A stretch of 64,000 bases of DNA from Schizochytrium sp. TIO01 (Eukaryota; Protista; Bigyra: Labyrinthulomycetes): the NCBI GenBank assembly GCA_004764695.1, contig SMSO01000032.1:5240483-5304482 (forward strand), given 5' to 3'. The position numbers and the translations under genes are program-made. Positions 34,729 through 44,903 of this stretch are shown piece after piece; the stretch's first letter is position 1; each line of letters begins with the position of its first letter. The notes beneath the pieces were generated by a model. It had not been told where the DNA came from and ran no database searches. It was given only the letters and a program-made list of their open reading frames with translations.

Positions 34729-35859
34729 ATGGCCATCCCAGCACCACTCTCAGTATCTTTCCTGCGAGCAGAATGCAAGGCTCGGCCGTGTAATAACCAA
34801 GCTGGACATGCACTTGCAGAGGTAGAATCTGCGGACGAAGAGAACCTTGACGGTTCCAGAGTCGGCGTCAAAGGCGTCAACGGAGAAACCTCGAGACTTC
34901 TCGTTGTGTCTGGCAGCGACCCTGACGAGACGTTGCATTACATTGTCAAAAGACCCCCTCCTCTAAATTCTGACACCCGACAAGTATCGAACTTGCAGCG
35001 TTGGGGCGAACGTGAATGCAGATTCTATACAGAACTTGCCCCGCTCACGCCGTGTCGGACGCCTCAGTGTGCGTTGGCGTCCATGCGCAATGGAGGCAAC
35101 TACGTGTTGGTTTTGGAGGAGCTAATGTCTACAGAGTGGTCAACTCATCACGAAAGCCAAGGACTCAATGTAGATCAGGCTGCTGCTGCTCTCGAATCTA
35201 TTGGCACTGTGCATAAGTATTTCCGCGGAAATCCCGAACTTGATCGCTCATGGTTACCTGTTCTTCCCGTCCAACTCCCACTTGTCCCAATACTTGTTGA
35301 CCACTTGAAAAAAGTATGGCCAATTGTCAAAGATCTACACCATGAAGACATTCCAGAGGAAATTGTAGATAAGGTTGATGATCTAGCTCAGCACTATGAG
35401 GAACTCTCTAACCGCATTGCCGCGGCACCGCGAACTCTCTTACATGGAGATTTCCGTGCTGAAAACATGCGTTTTCGATCCTCCAGCTCGGCATCTGGAA
35501 TTGGAACTGCCACTGGATCAGATATGCCTCAGGAGGTTGCAGTCTTTGATTGGGCAATGTGTTCAAAAGGAAACGGTGTCTACGATTTTGTGTATCTCCT
35601 CTCCCTCTCCCTTTCTGCCGAAAATAGACGTGCGTGGGAGCCCAAGCTAACCAAGATATATTGCGACGCTGCTGGTATTGCAAATGATCAACATTTCCAA
35701 GAGCAGAAAAGGGTTGCTGTTTTGCTCATCTTTACTTCTTACATATTTGGAGCGCCTGCTGGGGTGCAAGATCCGGCTATGAAGCAAACTCACACAGACG
35801 GCTTTCGCAGTCTCTGTGATGCTATCCACGATTGGTTTGCTCTTGAACTTTTGTCATAA
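34729..35859 (+). CDS. Small-molecule phosphotransferase, APH/choline/ecdysteroid-kinase-like; alternative ATG at 34627
   Basis: YIVK (ATP Lys), RECRFYTELAP, LVLEEL, Brenner motif LLHGDFRAEN, VFDWAM, GVYDFVYLL. gccATGG context at 34729. Confidence 0.85.
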   Translation: MAIPAPLSVSFLRAECKARPCNNQAGHALAEVESADEENLDGSRVGVKGVNGETSRLLVVSGSDPDETLHYIVKRPPPLNSDTRQVSNLQRWGERECRFYTELAPLTPCRTPQCALASMRNGGNYVLVLEELMSTEWSTHHESQGLNVDQAAAALESIGTVHKYFRGNPELDRSWLPVLPVQLPLVPILVDHLKKVWPIVKDLHHEDIPEEIVDKVDDLAQHYEELSNRIAAAPRTLLHGDFRAENMRFRSSSSASGIGTATGSDMPQEVAVFDWAMCSKGNGVYDFVYLLSLSLSAENRRAWEPKLTKIYCDAAGIANDQHFQEQKRVAVLLIFTSYIFGAPAGVQDPAMKQTHTDGFRSLCDAIHDWFALELLS

Positions 35860-36090
35860 TCATAACCATGCTTTACTTTTGGCAAGACTTGAGAAAATGG
35901 AAAGATGATATCGAAAAGTCTTTACGTTGTTTTATTTGCACGAGTCTTAAATTTTATATATTATATAAATATAATCTCTTTTAAAAATACAGTTGTTTCA
36001 GGTATATTTATTTTTTTTAATAAGGGGAAAAAAAGGAAAAAAGCTTTTGTTACTGTTATATATAAAAATTCAAAGCATCGAGAGGAAACC

Positions 36091-39000
36091 TTAAGCATCA
36101 GCTTGCCAATCAATACGGCATGCCGGCGGAATAAGCTCATCCTCATCTTCCTCATCGTTGAATTCTTCATCATCTTCATCGTCTTCGTCGTCCTCAGGCT
36201 CTTCAAAGTCGCCATCTACGTTCAACATGATAAAATGAGGTGGGTTGCGTCCAACAACAGTTTTGTAGAGCTCTGCAATAGGCGTATCTAGACGGTCCTC
36301 CTGTCCGAAAAGGTCGTTGTATAGGGTAACATCTCCATCAGTAGAGATCGTGTTAACTTCAAAGTTGTAGGCATCTAGAAAGTGATCAAGAATCTCCTGA
36401 ACTGACAGGTTGCCTTCTAAATTTTCCATCGTCCAAATAGAGATCTCATGCTTTCCGAATTTCCGCGTCTTGCATGGTGTTGGCTCGAACGAAGCGTACG
36501 AGTTTGTTGCCAAATTCAGGTTCATCGCCCGGAAACGCTCAATAGGAGGATTGTCTTCGTGAAAGAGCTTGAATAGTTCGAGTGCGATTGCACCAGTAGT
36601 GGCAGCAGTAGTGGTTGCAATAGCCGGAATAATCCGTCCAACAATGCGCTTTGCTTCAAGCTGATCTACAAGAGGAATCGAGTACGATCGAGCACGGATT
36701 GCACCAGCGGCATAGACCACGTCCATGTGGAGATCAAAGTCCTTTTCAAAGACTTGTGGGTGTATCTCTTTCGGGAGAGGTGCAGACGTGAGTTTTGCAA
36801 GTTCTTGCTCGTAGAGTTCACTAGTCGAAGCAGAAGCAGCCTTTGCCTTTTCTTCTTCTTCTTTCTGAAGCTTCTTTGCCTCTTCATCATTTTCTGGCAC
36901 AACAACAGAATCGTCCGCTTGGTACTCAGGCAAGGTGTCAAGCTGCTCTAGCAATTCGCGTACCTCATCGACAGGCACAGAAAGTGACTCTCCGCCATAA
37001 ACCTGGGCAAAAAGGTTTGCAGCAGCCACTACAAACTTGAGGTGAAGATCATCTTCAGCGTTGAAGGTCTCTACATGAGGTGCCCGACGCTTACCAGACC
37101 AAAAAAGTGTACCCTGATCATCAACAGTCTTATCAAGCGGATGTACATGCAAAAGTTGCTTGATCTTGTTCACAAAAAGCTCCTCAAAATGCATCCGGGC
37201 AAGTTGCACACAGATGCGACGCAATTTAGTTGTGTCTCCATTGCCCTGTGCAGCCTCCAAAGCTGGGCCGAGATCAACATTATATGGGAATAGCTTCTCC
37301 GGGTGATCTGCCGCGCATGGTCCACGCAGGACAGCACGAGCTGTACGTACACGAGCTAGTTTGGTGCTCGGCTGACGATCTACCTCTGCGGTGTATGCGT
37401 CAGGAGAACCGGCCTCCAGAAACTCACGACCCTCTGCTGGCTCCAAGTTAAAAAACTTCTCAAAGACAGCGTCACGAGCCCATGCGAGCGTATGTTCGAT
37501 CAAGTTGGGATATGCGTGCAATGTACAAGCGGGAATATCTTCACCACCTTCGTCCTGAACAGGATCAGACCCGTAAGATTCTGTGAGGCCAGGCACCACA
37601 GGCAATGTATTTGCTTTCGTACCTAATGTACCACTTTCTAGCAAGGGCTTTCCATGAAAGACGCATTTCGAGTCAACGTACAAACGAGCTGTCACATTAT
37701 CCAGCGCATTGACAACAACATCCATACCCGACCAAAAGGCATCATTAAAGGTAGACTCTGTATCTGGGGCCACTTTGAGCTCCATGGCCTTTACTTCAAA
37801 GTCTGGGTTCATGGCTTCTGCCTGGGCAGCAGCCACAACTGACTTCATCTTACCAATATGTTGCGAACGGAATAGAAACTGGCGATTCAAATTGGAGAGC
37901 TCAATGGCATCCATATCAGTCACAATAAACGATCCACCCTTGGACTTTCTTGATACACCCATAAGTGCCATGTTTTTCAGAGTTTCGCAGCCAAGGGCTC
38001 CTGCTCCGACCATGAAGGCCTTGAGAGAACCAATTCGTTCCTGGAAGTCCCAGCCAAAGACTGCAGCTTGGCCACAGTAACGAGCATCAGGAGATTCAAG
38101 AGTATTGCCACTGAGATCCTCTAGAGAAGGAAAGCGAGAGCCAATTTGGTCCTGCGGTGGGAGCGACTCTGGAGAGGCAAAGTGAAGCCATTGTTGCAAT
38201 GGCGTGAACTTGCCAGAGCACGCTTTCAGCGCTTCCTGAGCTGCAATCCCTCCTAAATAAGCTGCCATAGGATTGATCTGTCCTGCAGCACCACGGGCAA
38301 GTTTCTGAAAGAGTTCTAGGTCCTCAATAGAACCGCCGGGAAGATTTGCTAGCTCAGAAGCTTCTGATTCGTTGCCAGGCTGCGGCAAACGTCCTTTCCT
38401 TGTTTGAAACTCCCAGAGGCGCATGAGAAATGAATGAAGCTTTGCGGGTCGTTCAAAGTCTGTCCAGTCATTTTGAACGCAAGGTGGGTTGGCAAGTGTT
38501 TCGCTCAAGGAGGCAAATTCCAAAGTAACCGGTTTCTTAACTTGCTCAAAATGTCCACCGCCTGAGTAGGCTTGTGCCGACACAGAACTTTCAACATCAA
38601 CTGCAAAAGCTAGTCCGTCTACGTTTTTGCCATCGCTATTTGTCACTTGTACTGTCCTAACACGTCTGGGTTCCCCATCATTGAGCGCATCCAGTCCTCC
38701 AAGACCACGGAACTTCACAAAGTCTCCATTTGCAAGTCCATGGTGTTTGTCATCAGCAGTGGCTAAAATGAGCTCCTTGCCATCTTCCGAGGTTTGTACA
38801 TCGACAACAATGCCCTGCTTGTTTAACTCGCCATCTGGGTCAACCACTGTGAAGTGAGGACCAAAGTCGCTAAACACGTACCCGTACAGGCCATATGTCG
38901 CAGCGGCAATGAACGCCACAGACTTAGGCTGGCAGTTGTGGCAGAATTGTGACAGACTCTCAGCGCGAGACTTTGTCCCGTTAACAAGAATAACGACGTC

Positions 39001-39351
39001 GAATTTCCCAACGCCCTCCTCGTCCAATGTGAAGTCCTCATTAGAGATGCGATCCAGCGTAACTAAAGCGTTTAACTCAGCCAGCCTGGCCATTGCAGCG
39101 TCCACGCGGCTAGAGCCGGCCTTGACATCCTCTTCGGATACAAAGAAATTAGCACTGAGGTCTCCAGCCTGGCAGGAGGCCCCATCGTCAACGAGAGTTA
39201 GGGCGTTGACGCCAGCGAGCATGATGTTCTTGGCGATCTCCACGCCAAGGCCGTTCAGGTCACCAGCGAGGGCGACGCGGCATGACTGGAGACGCTCTTG
39301 GGCCTCTCTCCCTAGCACGAACAGCTGCCGTGAGTACAGCTGTTCGTTCAT
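36091..39351 (-). CDS. Ubiquitin-activating enzyme E1, UBA1/UBA6-like but divergent
   Basis: LYSRQLFVLG, GLGVEIAKNIMLAGV, KFTPLQQW, GAGALGCE, TDMDAIELSNLNRQFLFR, NALDNVTAR, ESGTLGTK, catalytic IPACTL (Cys codon 37525-37527), GRIIPAIATTTA and a C-terminal UFD. First ATG at 39351 (accaccATG). Confidence 0.93.
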   Translation of the reverse strand: MNEQLYSRQLFVLGREAQERLQSCRVALAGDLNGLGVEIAKNIMLAGVNALTLVDDGASCQAGDLSANFFVSEEDVKAGSSRVDAAMARLAELNALVTLDRISNEDFTLDEEGVGKFDVVILVNGTKSRAESLSQFCHNCQPKSVAFIAAATYGLYGYVFSDFGPHFTVVDPDGELNKQGIVVDVQTSEDGKELILATADDKHHGLANGDFVKFRGLGGLDALNDGEPRRVRTVQVTNSDGKNVDGLAFAVDVESSVSAQAYSGGGHFEQVKKPVTLEFASLSETLANPPCVQNDWTDFERPAKLHSFLMRLWEFQTRKGRLPQPGNESEASELANLPGGSIEDLELFQKLARGAAGQINPMAAYLGGIAAQEALKACSGKFTPLQQWLHFASPESLPPQDQIGSRFPSLEDLSGNTLESPDARYCGQAAVFGWDFQERIGSLKAFMVGAGALGCETLKNMALMGVSRKSKGGSFIVTDMDAIELSNLNRQFLFRSQHIGKMKSVVAAAQAEAMNPDFEVKAMELKVAPDTESTFNDAFWSGMDVVVNALDNVTARLYVDSKCVFHGKPLLESGTLGTKANTLPVVPGLTESYGSDPVQDEGGEDIPACTLHAYPNLIEHTLAWARDAVFEKFFNLEPAEGREFLEAGSPDAYTAEVDRQPSTKLARVRTARAVLRGPCAADHPEKLFPYNVDLGPALEAAQGNGDTTKLRRICVQLARMHFEELFVNKIKQLLHVHPLDKTVDDQGTLFWSGKRRAPHVETFNAEDDLHLKFVVAAANLFAQVYGGESLSVPVDEVRELLEQLDTLPEYQADDSVVVPENDEEAKKLQKEEEEKAKAASASTSELYEQELAKLTSAPLPKEIHPQVFEKDFDLHMDVVYAAGAIRARSYSIPLVDQLEAKRIVGRIIPAIATTTAATTGAIALELFKLFHEDNPPIERFRAMNLNLATNSYASFEPTPCKTRKFGKHEISIWTMENLEGNLSVQEILDHFLDAYNFEVNTISTDGDVTLYNDLFGQEDRLDTPIAELYKTVVGRNPPHFIMLNVDGDFEEPEDDEDDEDDEEFNDEEDEDELIPPACRIDWQADA

Positions 39352-40463
39352 GGTGGTGCTCACTTCGACTGCTCTCCACACTCGCCGATGCTCCGATCGT
39401 TTTCCAGATCAATCTTTGTTTGCTTCGTGAAGCCAAGATTTTTCGAAGATAGAATTTCGTTCTAAGTACAATAGGACACACATGGAATCACTTGCAAATT
39501 CTTCAATAAATGAATGTTCGCTCCTTCGCCACCTCCACCTCCAAGGCCACTGGCTTTCTAGAAGTACAGAACCTAGCTTCTGAGGTTTGCGAGTTGGCCG
39601 ATCGACTTGCGATTTTGTGCGGCGCTCGAGCTATTGCTGTCTTTGCCTTCTGATCGAAGAGCGATCATGAGATACAACTTCGTTCTGCGAAGCACAGCAC
39701 TCTGTGGTACGACCTCCCATGTAATTCACTATCACCCTATGAATTGAATATGTACTCCTATTTTGGATACAGAACCTAGTGCAAATTGGGCTGCATGCAG
39801 CAGCGGCGTTCAGGCTTGACGTCTTGAGGATGAAGATCCGATACTTACAAACGTGCAAAGCAATTTTAGCACAAGACATTCGTTCCAAGCGACGAAAAGC
39901 CACAGAGATTTTCATGATTCACAATTTACCTAACCTTACCAACTCGCGGGTTTACGCTGGATGATGCCCGAGAACCACAGAAGAACGATTGAGGAACCTC
40001 GAGAGATGTTGCGAACTTTAGGTCCCCGAAGTCATGCATGATGAATAAAGAAAGCCGCCAAAGTCTTTTTCTTTTTTCTTTTCTCGAAGTGAAATGAAAC
40101 CTTTTAAATAATTCAATTTTTATTCGTAAATTATTTTTAAAAAAAAAATAAGAAGAAATATTTATATAACAACTATACATGTAGTTAATTGAGTTTTTTT
40201 CCTTTTTTTGGTTAAAATTAATACTAAAAGCCTCTAGGCATGCCAGTCGAACTTTATTAAAATTTTCAAGAAATAAAAACTTATGTATCAATGTTTAATT
40301 TTAGAACAGAAAAGAAAGAAGTGTTATAAATAAATTGAAGAGCGAAAGGTCAAAAAGATGAAATATTTCTTACCTCGACATGCCTTGGTAAATTTGCTTC
40401 AAACAAAAGCGAGGGATAGAAAACCAGTTCGTGCTTCGAGGGACTCCGCGGTCGAAATAAGAT

Positions 40464-40650
40464 GTAAGTTATGCTGCCTCTTCAGGAACTTAGCCATCAG
40501 AATCGATCTTCATCATGGTAGCAGGGCTTTATCAATCTGTCAATCATCATTGATTTGATCGATCGATCGATCAATTAATTGATTGAATAATTGATTGATT
40601 GATACTAACTGATTGATTGACTGGTGTGTTTTCGTCTTCTACCTACGGAG
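40464..40650 (+). other. Orphan spliceosomal intron-like element
   Basis: GTAAGT at 40464, perfect TACTAAC branch at 40603-40609, pyrimidine tract, and first downstream AG at 40649-40650 (non-canonical GAG). Confidence 0.45.
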
Positions 40651-43600
40651 CCATCGAAACCAACAACTCCATAATAGCCACAAGAGGAAACGAAACCGCT
40701 CAGGGACCAGGGAGATGGATGAGAACTCCCTCATCAAGACCAGGTCGCCAAGGACACAGAGAGCTGCAGTGCTGAGTTGTCTGATCACAATGGTGCCTGA
40801 ATAAGTAAATGAGAACTAAACAGACGAATTCGTGAACAAAAAAGCAAATGGAGACGAAGGTAGAGAATGAAGACAAAAGAAAAGTGCAACAATTGGTTGG
40901 CTCTTCTGGTGGCTGGGAAGCAAGCGAATCTTGAACAAGCGCGTGGGCGATACGTACAAGTTATGCTAACCGTGGATATACACAGCATTCTTGCAAGTTT
41001 CTTTCACAAGTTGCCGAGGTACCTAGACTTGATTGAAAACTTTAAGCCGTGATCCGATGGCCATGACCAGTTCATCGTTCGCTACCAAAGCTGCAATGCA
41101 AATTGCAATGAAAAGTCGAAGTCGAAGTTGAAGTTGCAGTTGGAGATGTTAAGGCTCGACAAGGTCAACAAACATCGCACCATTGGCGAGTGGAGGTGAC
41201 ATTTCATGGCATGGCCATAATAATGGCGATTGTGACTGGTGCAGCTTGAAGCTGGTGCATAGGGTGTCTGGACATCGGGTTTGGATGGTGACTGGCTGGC
41301 TGGCGTCCTAAACAACCAGGGGACAGTGAGCATACAGGCCGCAATTAGTTGTTTGAAGGAGGTTGGGCGAACTGGTATGGTGAACTTGTCACACACTTGC
41401 GAGTCGCGACAAAGCTGTCACAGAAGCTTCTGTTAAAAATCTGACTGGTTGCCGACCAGATTGATGCGAGACGGAAGGAGCAGATCTTCTAATCCTTGAT
41501 CGATTGTTACTTGGTTTGGCTGTCCATGAAGTTATCATCACCGAAATCTCTTTGTGTTCTCCAAGTTGTTCTTATTCTCTCTTGCTTTTTATTCCTCTTT
41601 TCACTTTCCTTTGTTTTCCCTGCTTGTTGTTGAGTGCTTTCGTACAACCGAGGGCGCATTGATGATGAGGGCGACCATCATGATCATTGAGTAAACAACG
41701 GCGGTGTTGTTGAGTTCCTGGCTACTTACTTTTCATCCACAACAAAAGAACATAATCGCAGTTCGGGTCCCGGTGATCAGCAAACGTTCGTTGGAGCAAC
41801 AGAGTATATGAATTTGCAGGGCGCTTCTGCGAAATGAGTGGTAGGTAGTCTGGTAGTATGATACTTCAACGCTAGCAAAATAAGGAGTTTAATCGTGTAG
41901 GTACTATGAGATAAGGTAAATAGAAAAGCAGATCTCGGCGACAATTTAAAACCCGATGCGTACTACTAAAGGTGATTCATTCGACTTTGATATTTGTAGA
42001 AAAGAGGAAGTCTGGGATATTGAACGAAAATGGGGAGACTTTCTGATACATATTAACAGGGGCCATTTCTAAATGCCAGTCTCCAAGAAGCTGATTGTTG
42101 CGATAACAACTATGAGGTTTTTTCGGGGGTCGGTGCATTTCCAATATCGTGGTCTGATAATCAAGCCAAGGGTGCTTCCCTATATAGGAATGACAGTCCA
42201 CAAGGCTTAAAACTTTTATATAAAATAAACGTTTTCTCGGCAGGCTTCCAATGTTGACAACTTCACTTCCAAAGATCGCTTCATAGCCTGGTTGTACTCT
42301 TTTTTTTTGTTTAAAATTTAAGGGAGTTAGGGCTTCAAGTATTGGTCATTTACTAGCGGGCAGATCACATATTATGCAAAGGCGCTCAGCTTCGCAATGA
42401 CTAATTGCGTATTCTCGATATTAGCAATACTGTTTCGATCTTTTCATCAAGCCAATGGCATCACAAGTTGACGACTACTACCAACTTTCTTTCTCAAGCA
42501 AACTGGACGATATAACTCAACTTCCAGCCAAATAAGCTTGTGCTCCTCATACATATTTTTGCTAACAGGTTGAATATCTTTCCAGACTGCGAAAACTGCA
42601 CAATTCTGTAAACTTGCAGCCGAGTCTTTCGAGTTTGACTATCCTAAAAGTATCGTGCGATTTTAAATGTTACCTTACTCAAACAATTTATCAGACAAAT
42701 GTTCCTGAAATATTGAGAGGCTGCTCTAGCTAACCCCCTACACCTCGTCAATAGCAGTATAGCCATCGTTGCATGCTTTTCTCTCCCCTTTCTCCACAAG
42801 AGGAACAAATTACTTTGCCATACATCATCAGAATTTTGCAGCCCAAACTCTTCAAAATGACCAATACAACAGACACGGGACCGTGCCAGAGTACCTTACA
42901 TATCAATACTGTGCGAGCGTCAGATTCAAATAACCATATGATGGCTATCTTTTTCTTATCTCGTGCTTTGTGTTAGCCATGGTATTGGAATTGACTTGCG
43001 ATTGTTCTAAGCAGCACTGCAATATTTAGAAAGGTTTAATGATCTTGCTAATCTCTAGCTTACGATGGAATTGCTAATGCTGCGCTGTTCTTCTCTCTGA
43101 ACAATCCTGTGTTTTTCGAGAAAGCCACACTACAGACACAAGCCAAGTAGCTGTCCACCAATGTATGCTCTAAGATTCAAGTCTGAATATTTTGTATTAG
43201 AAGCCCCTTTTAACGAAGTACACGATCCTATGTACATGTTTTTGTAGTGAATATTCATGAGGACCTCTCATTCACAAACGCGCAAGCATTGCGGCTACCG
43301 CCTTGCGCAATTGTCAGCAACCCGGCTTTGGTTAATTGATCGCAAACCGCGCGCACTCTTTCAACTAAGGGCTGCTTGCCTTTCCAAACGCACCCATCAT
43401 GAACCAGATTGATTTGGGTGTTTGAGATTCCTTCGCGCAAATACAAATGAATATATATGCACGTGCGTGATCACGAAGAGATAAATTTACTATAGAGAGA
43501 CTCCACTGCAGTCTAGGTATTCATAGGTACCGATGTTATCGAGAAGAGTTTACAAAGCGATAGAAATTCGAGTCTCACTCGTCAGAGGTCAGGTTTAAAA

Positions 43601-44145
43601 GTACGTCTTTAAAACACAGATACACTAAGTCGAGGTGGAAATCGGTTTTTCGCTACAACAATAACGATTGGTGGTCTCTGAAGGGCACTTAAAGTTTCAG
43701 ACGCAAGGCCGTCACATCCGTGGCAGTGGTGAACTCTGTTATTCATGAAGACCCTTCGTCATGGTTGATCAACTGCAACATTTCTTCGCCTCTTCGATTC
43801 CCACTATTCTATCTTGGCAGAAATCATGTGGTGGGCGGGTAATCGCAGCCCGCTGCATGTTCTTCGCGATCGAAAGGAGTCCTTAAGGCCACCGCGCCAT
43901 AACAGCGAACACCCTTTGAAGCCTTCAACAAACCAGTTTCACTCACTATGCTGTCCCACTCCGAGTCATTTAGTTGGTTTTGAGAAGAAAATGTTGGTGT
44001 TTTGTTTTAATATACTAACGATTCAAGAAATAGTTTTATCATTTTTTATTGAAAGTGTCAAAGGAAGAGTATCAAATGTGTTAGTTAGTTAGTGGAAGAA
44101 GGGTGACGCTGTGGAAGAAGCATCATAGGAGGCCACGGACTGTAA

Positions 44146-44790
44146 ATGGTAATTCCTCTGAGGAAGAAGGCGCTTGATCGAATCTGGGACAAGAGCGTAT
44201 CATGGCCCCCTATGCCTTGCACCACAAAGTGTTTTACAAGCGCACTGGGGTGCACACGGGAAGAGTATGAAAGGCTTCCTTATCTCGAGGATTCACCACT
44301 GAGACTCTTTGAGAGGACATGGGCACCTGCAGGCCCCCTCACATCGCTCTCTGGCCAGTGCTGTCTAATTTACGAACTCACAAAACTTGATCGCATCTTT
44401 CCTCTTAGGGCTACTATGGCCACTGGACTTTTGTGTCGCAGAGATACAGTGAGAGATCTATTTCCATCTCCCATGAATATCGCAATTCGATGAACGAGAA
44501 GATTCGACCTCACAATATACCCCCCTGCACTATAAAAATCACACCGCCCTTCGACTCTGATCCAACCCCTCAATCCATCCTATCTTGCATGTTTATGTGA
44601 GATATGTATAGGGTAGTTTGGGAGTGTTTTATACGAGAATACTACTATTGGGGGGCAGGTATGGTGTTTGGTGGTTTAGATCTGTTCTTGATTCACAGAA
44701 GGTGAGGGGCCCGTGGTCACTTTAATATAGAGGCTTTTACCTCTTCGAATAGCTACCTTCCATTTGCTGTAAACTGTGTTCTGTAGATAA
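44146..44790 (+). mobile_element. Possible decayed PIF/Harbinger-ISL2EU (IS5-like DDE) transposase fragment
   Basis: With single-base frameshifts it reads FYKRTG|CTREEYERL...SLSGQCCLIYELTKLDRIFPLR...RRDTVRDLF...FRSVLD(x)TE...NIEAFTSSNSY. This order resembles HTH_Tnp_4 followed by the first catalytic xxDxTE of DDE_Tnp_4. Matched by eye only. Confidence 0.35.
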
Positions 44791-44859
44791 TTTTTGAAAT
44801 ATCTCGAGCTCTATAATGGGCACAACAAAGGTCTATGGAGTATATTCAGGTTTTAAAAG

Positions 44860-44861
<2 letters not shown>

Positions 44862-44902
<41 letters not shown>

Positions 44903-44903
44903 T
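44862..44903 (+). repeat. (TTA)n microsatellite
   Basis: About 14 consecutive TTA units. Confidence 0.9.
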
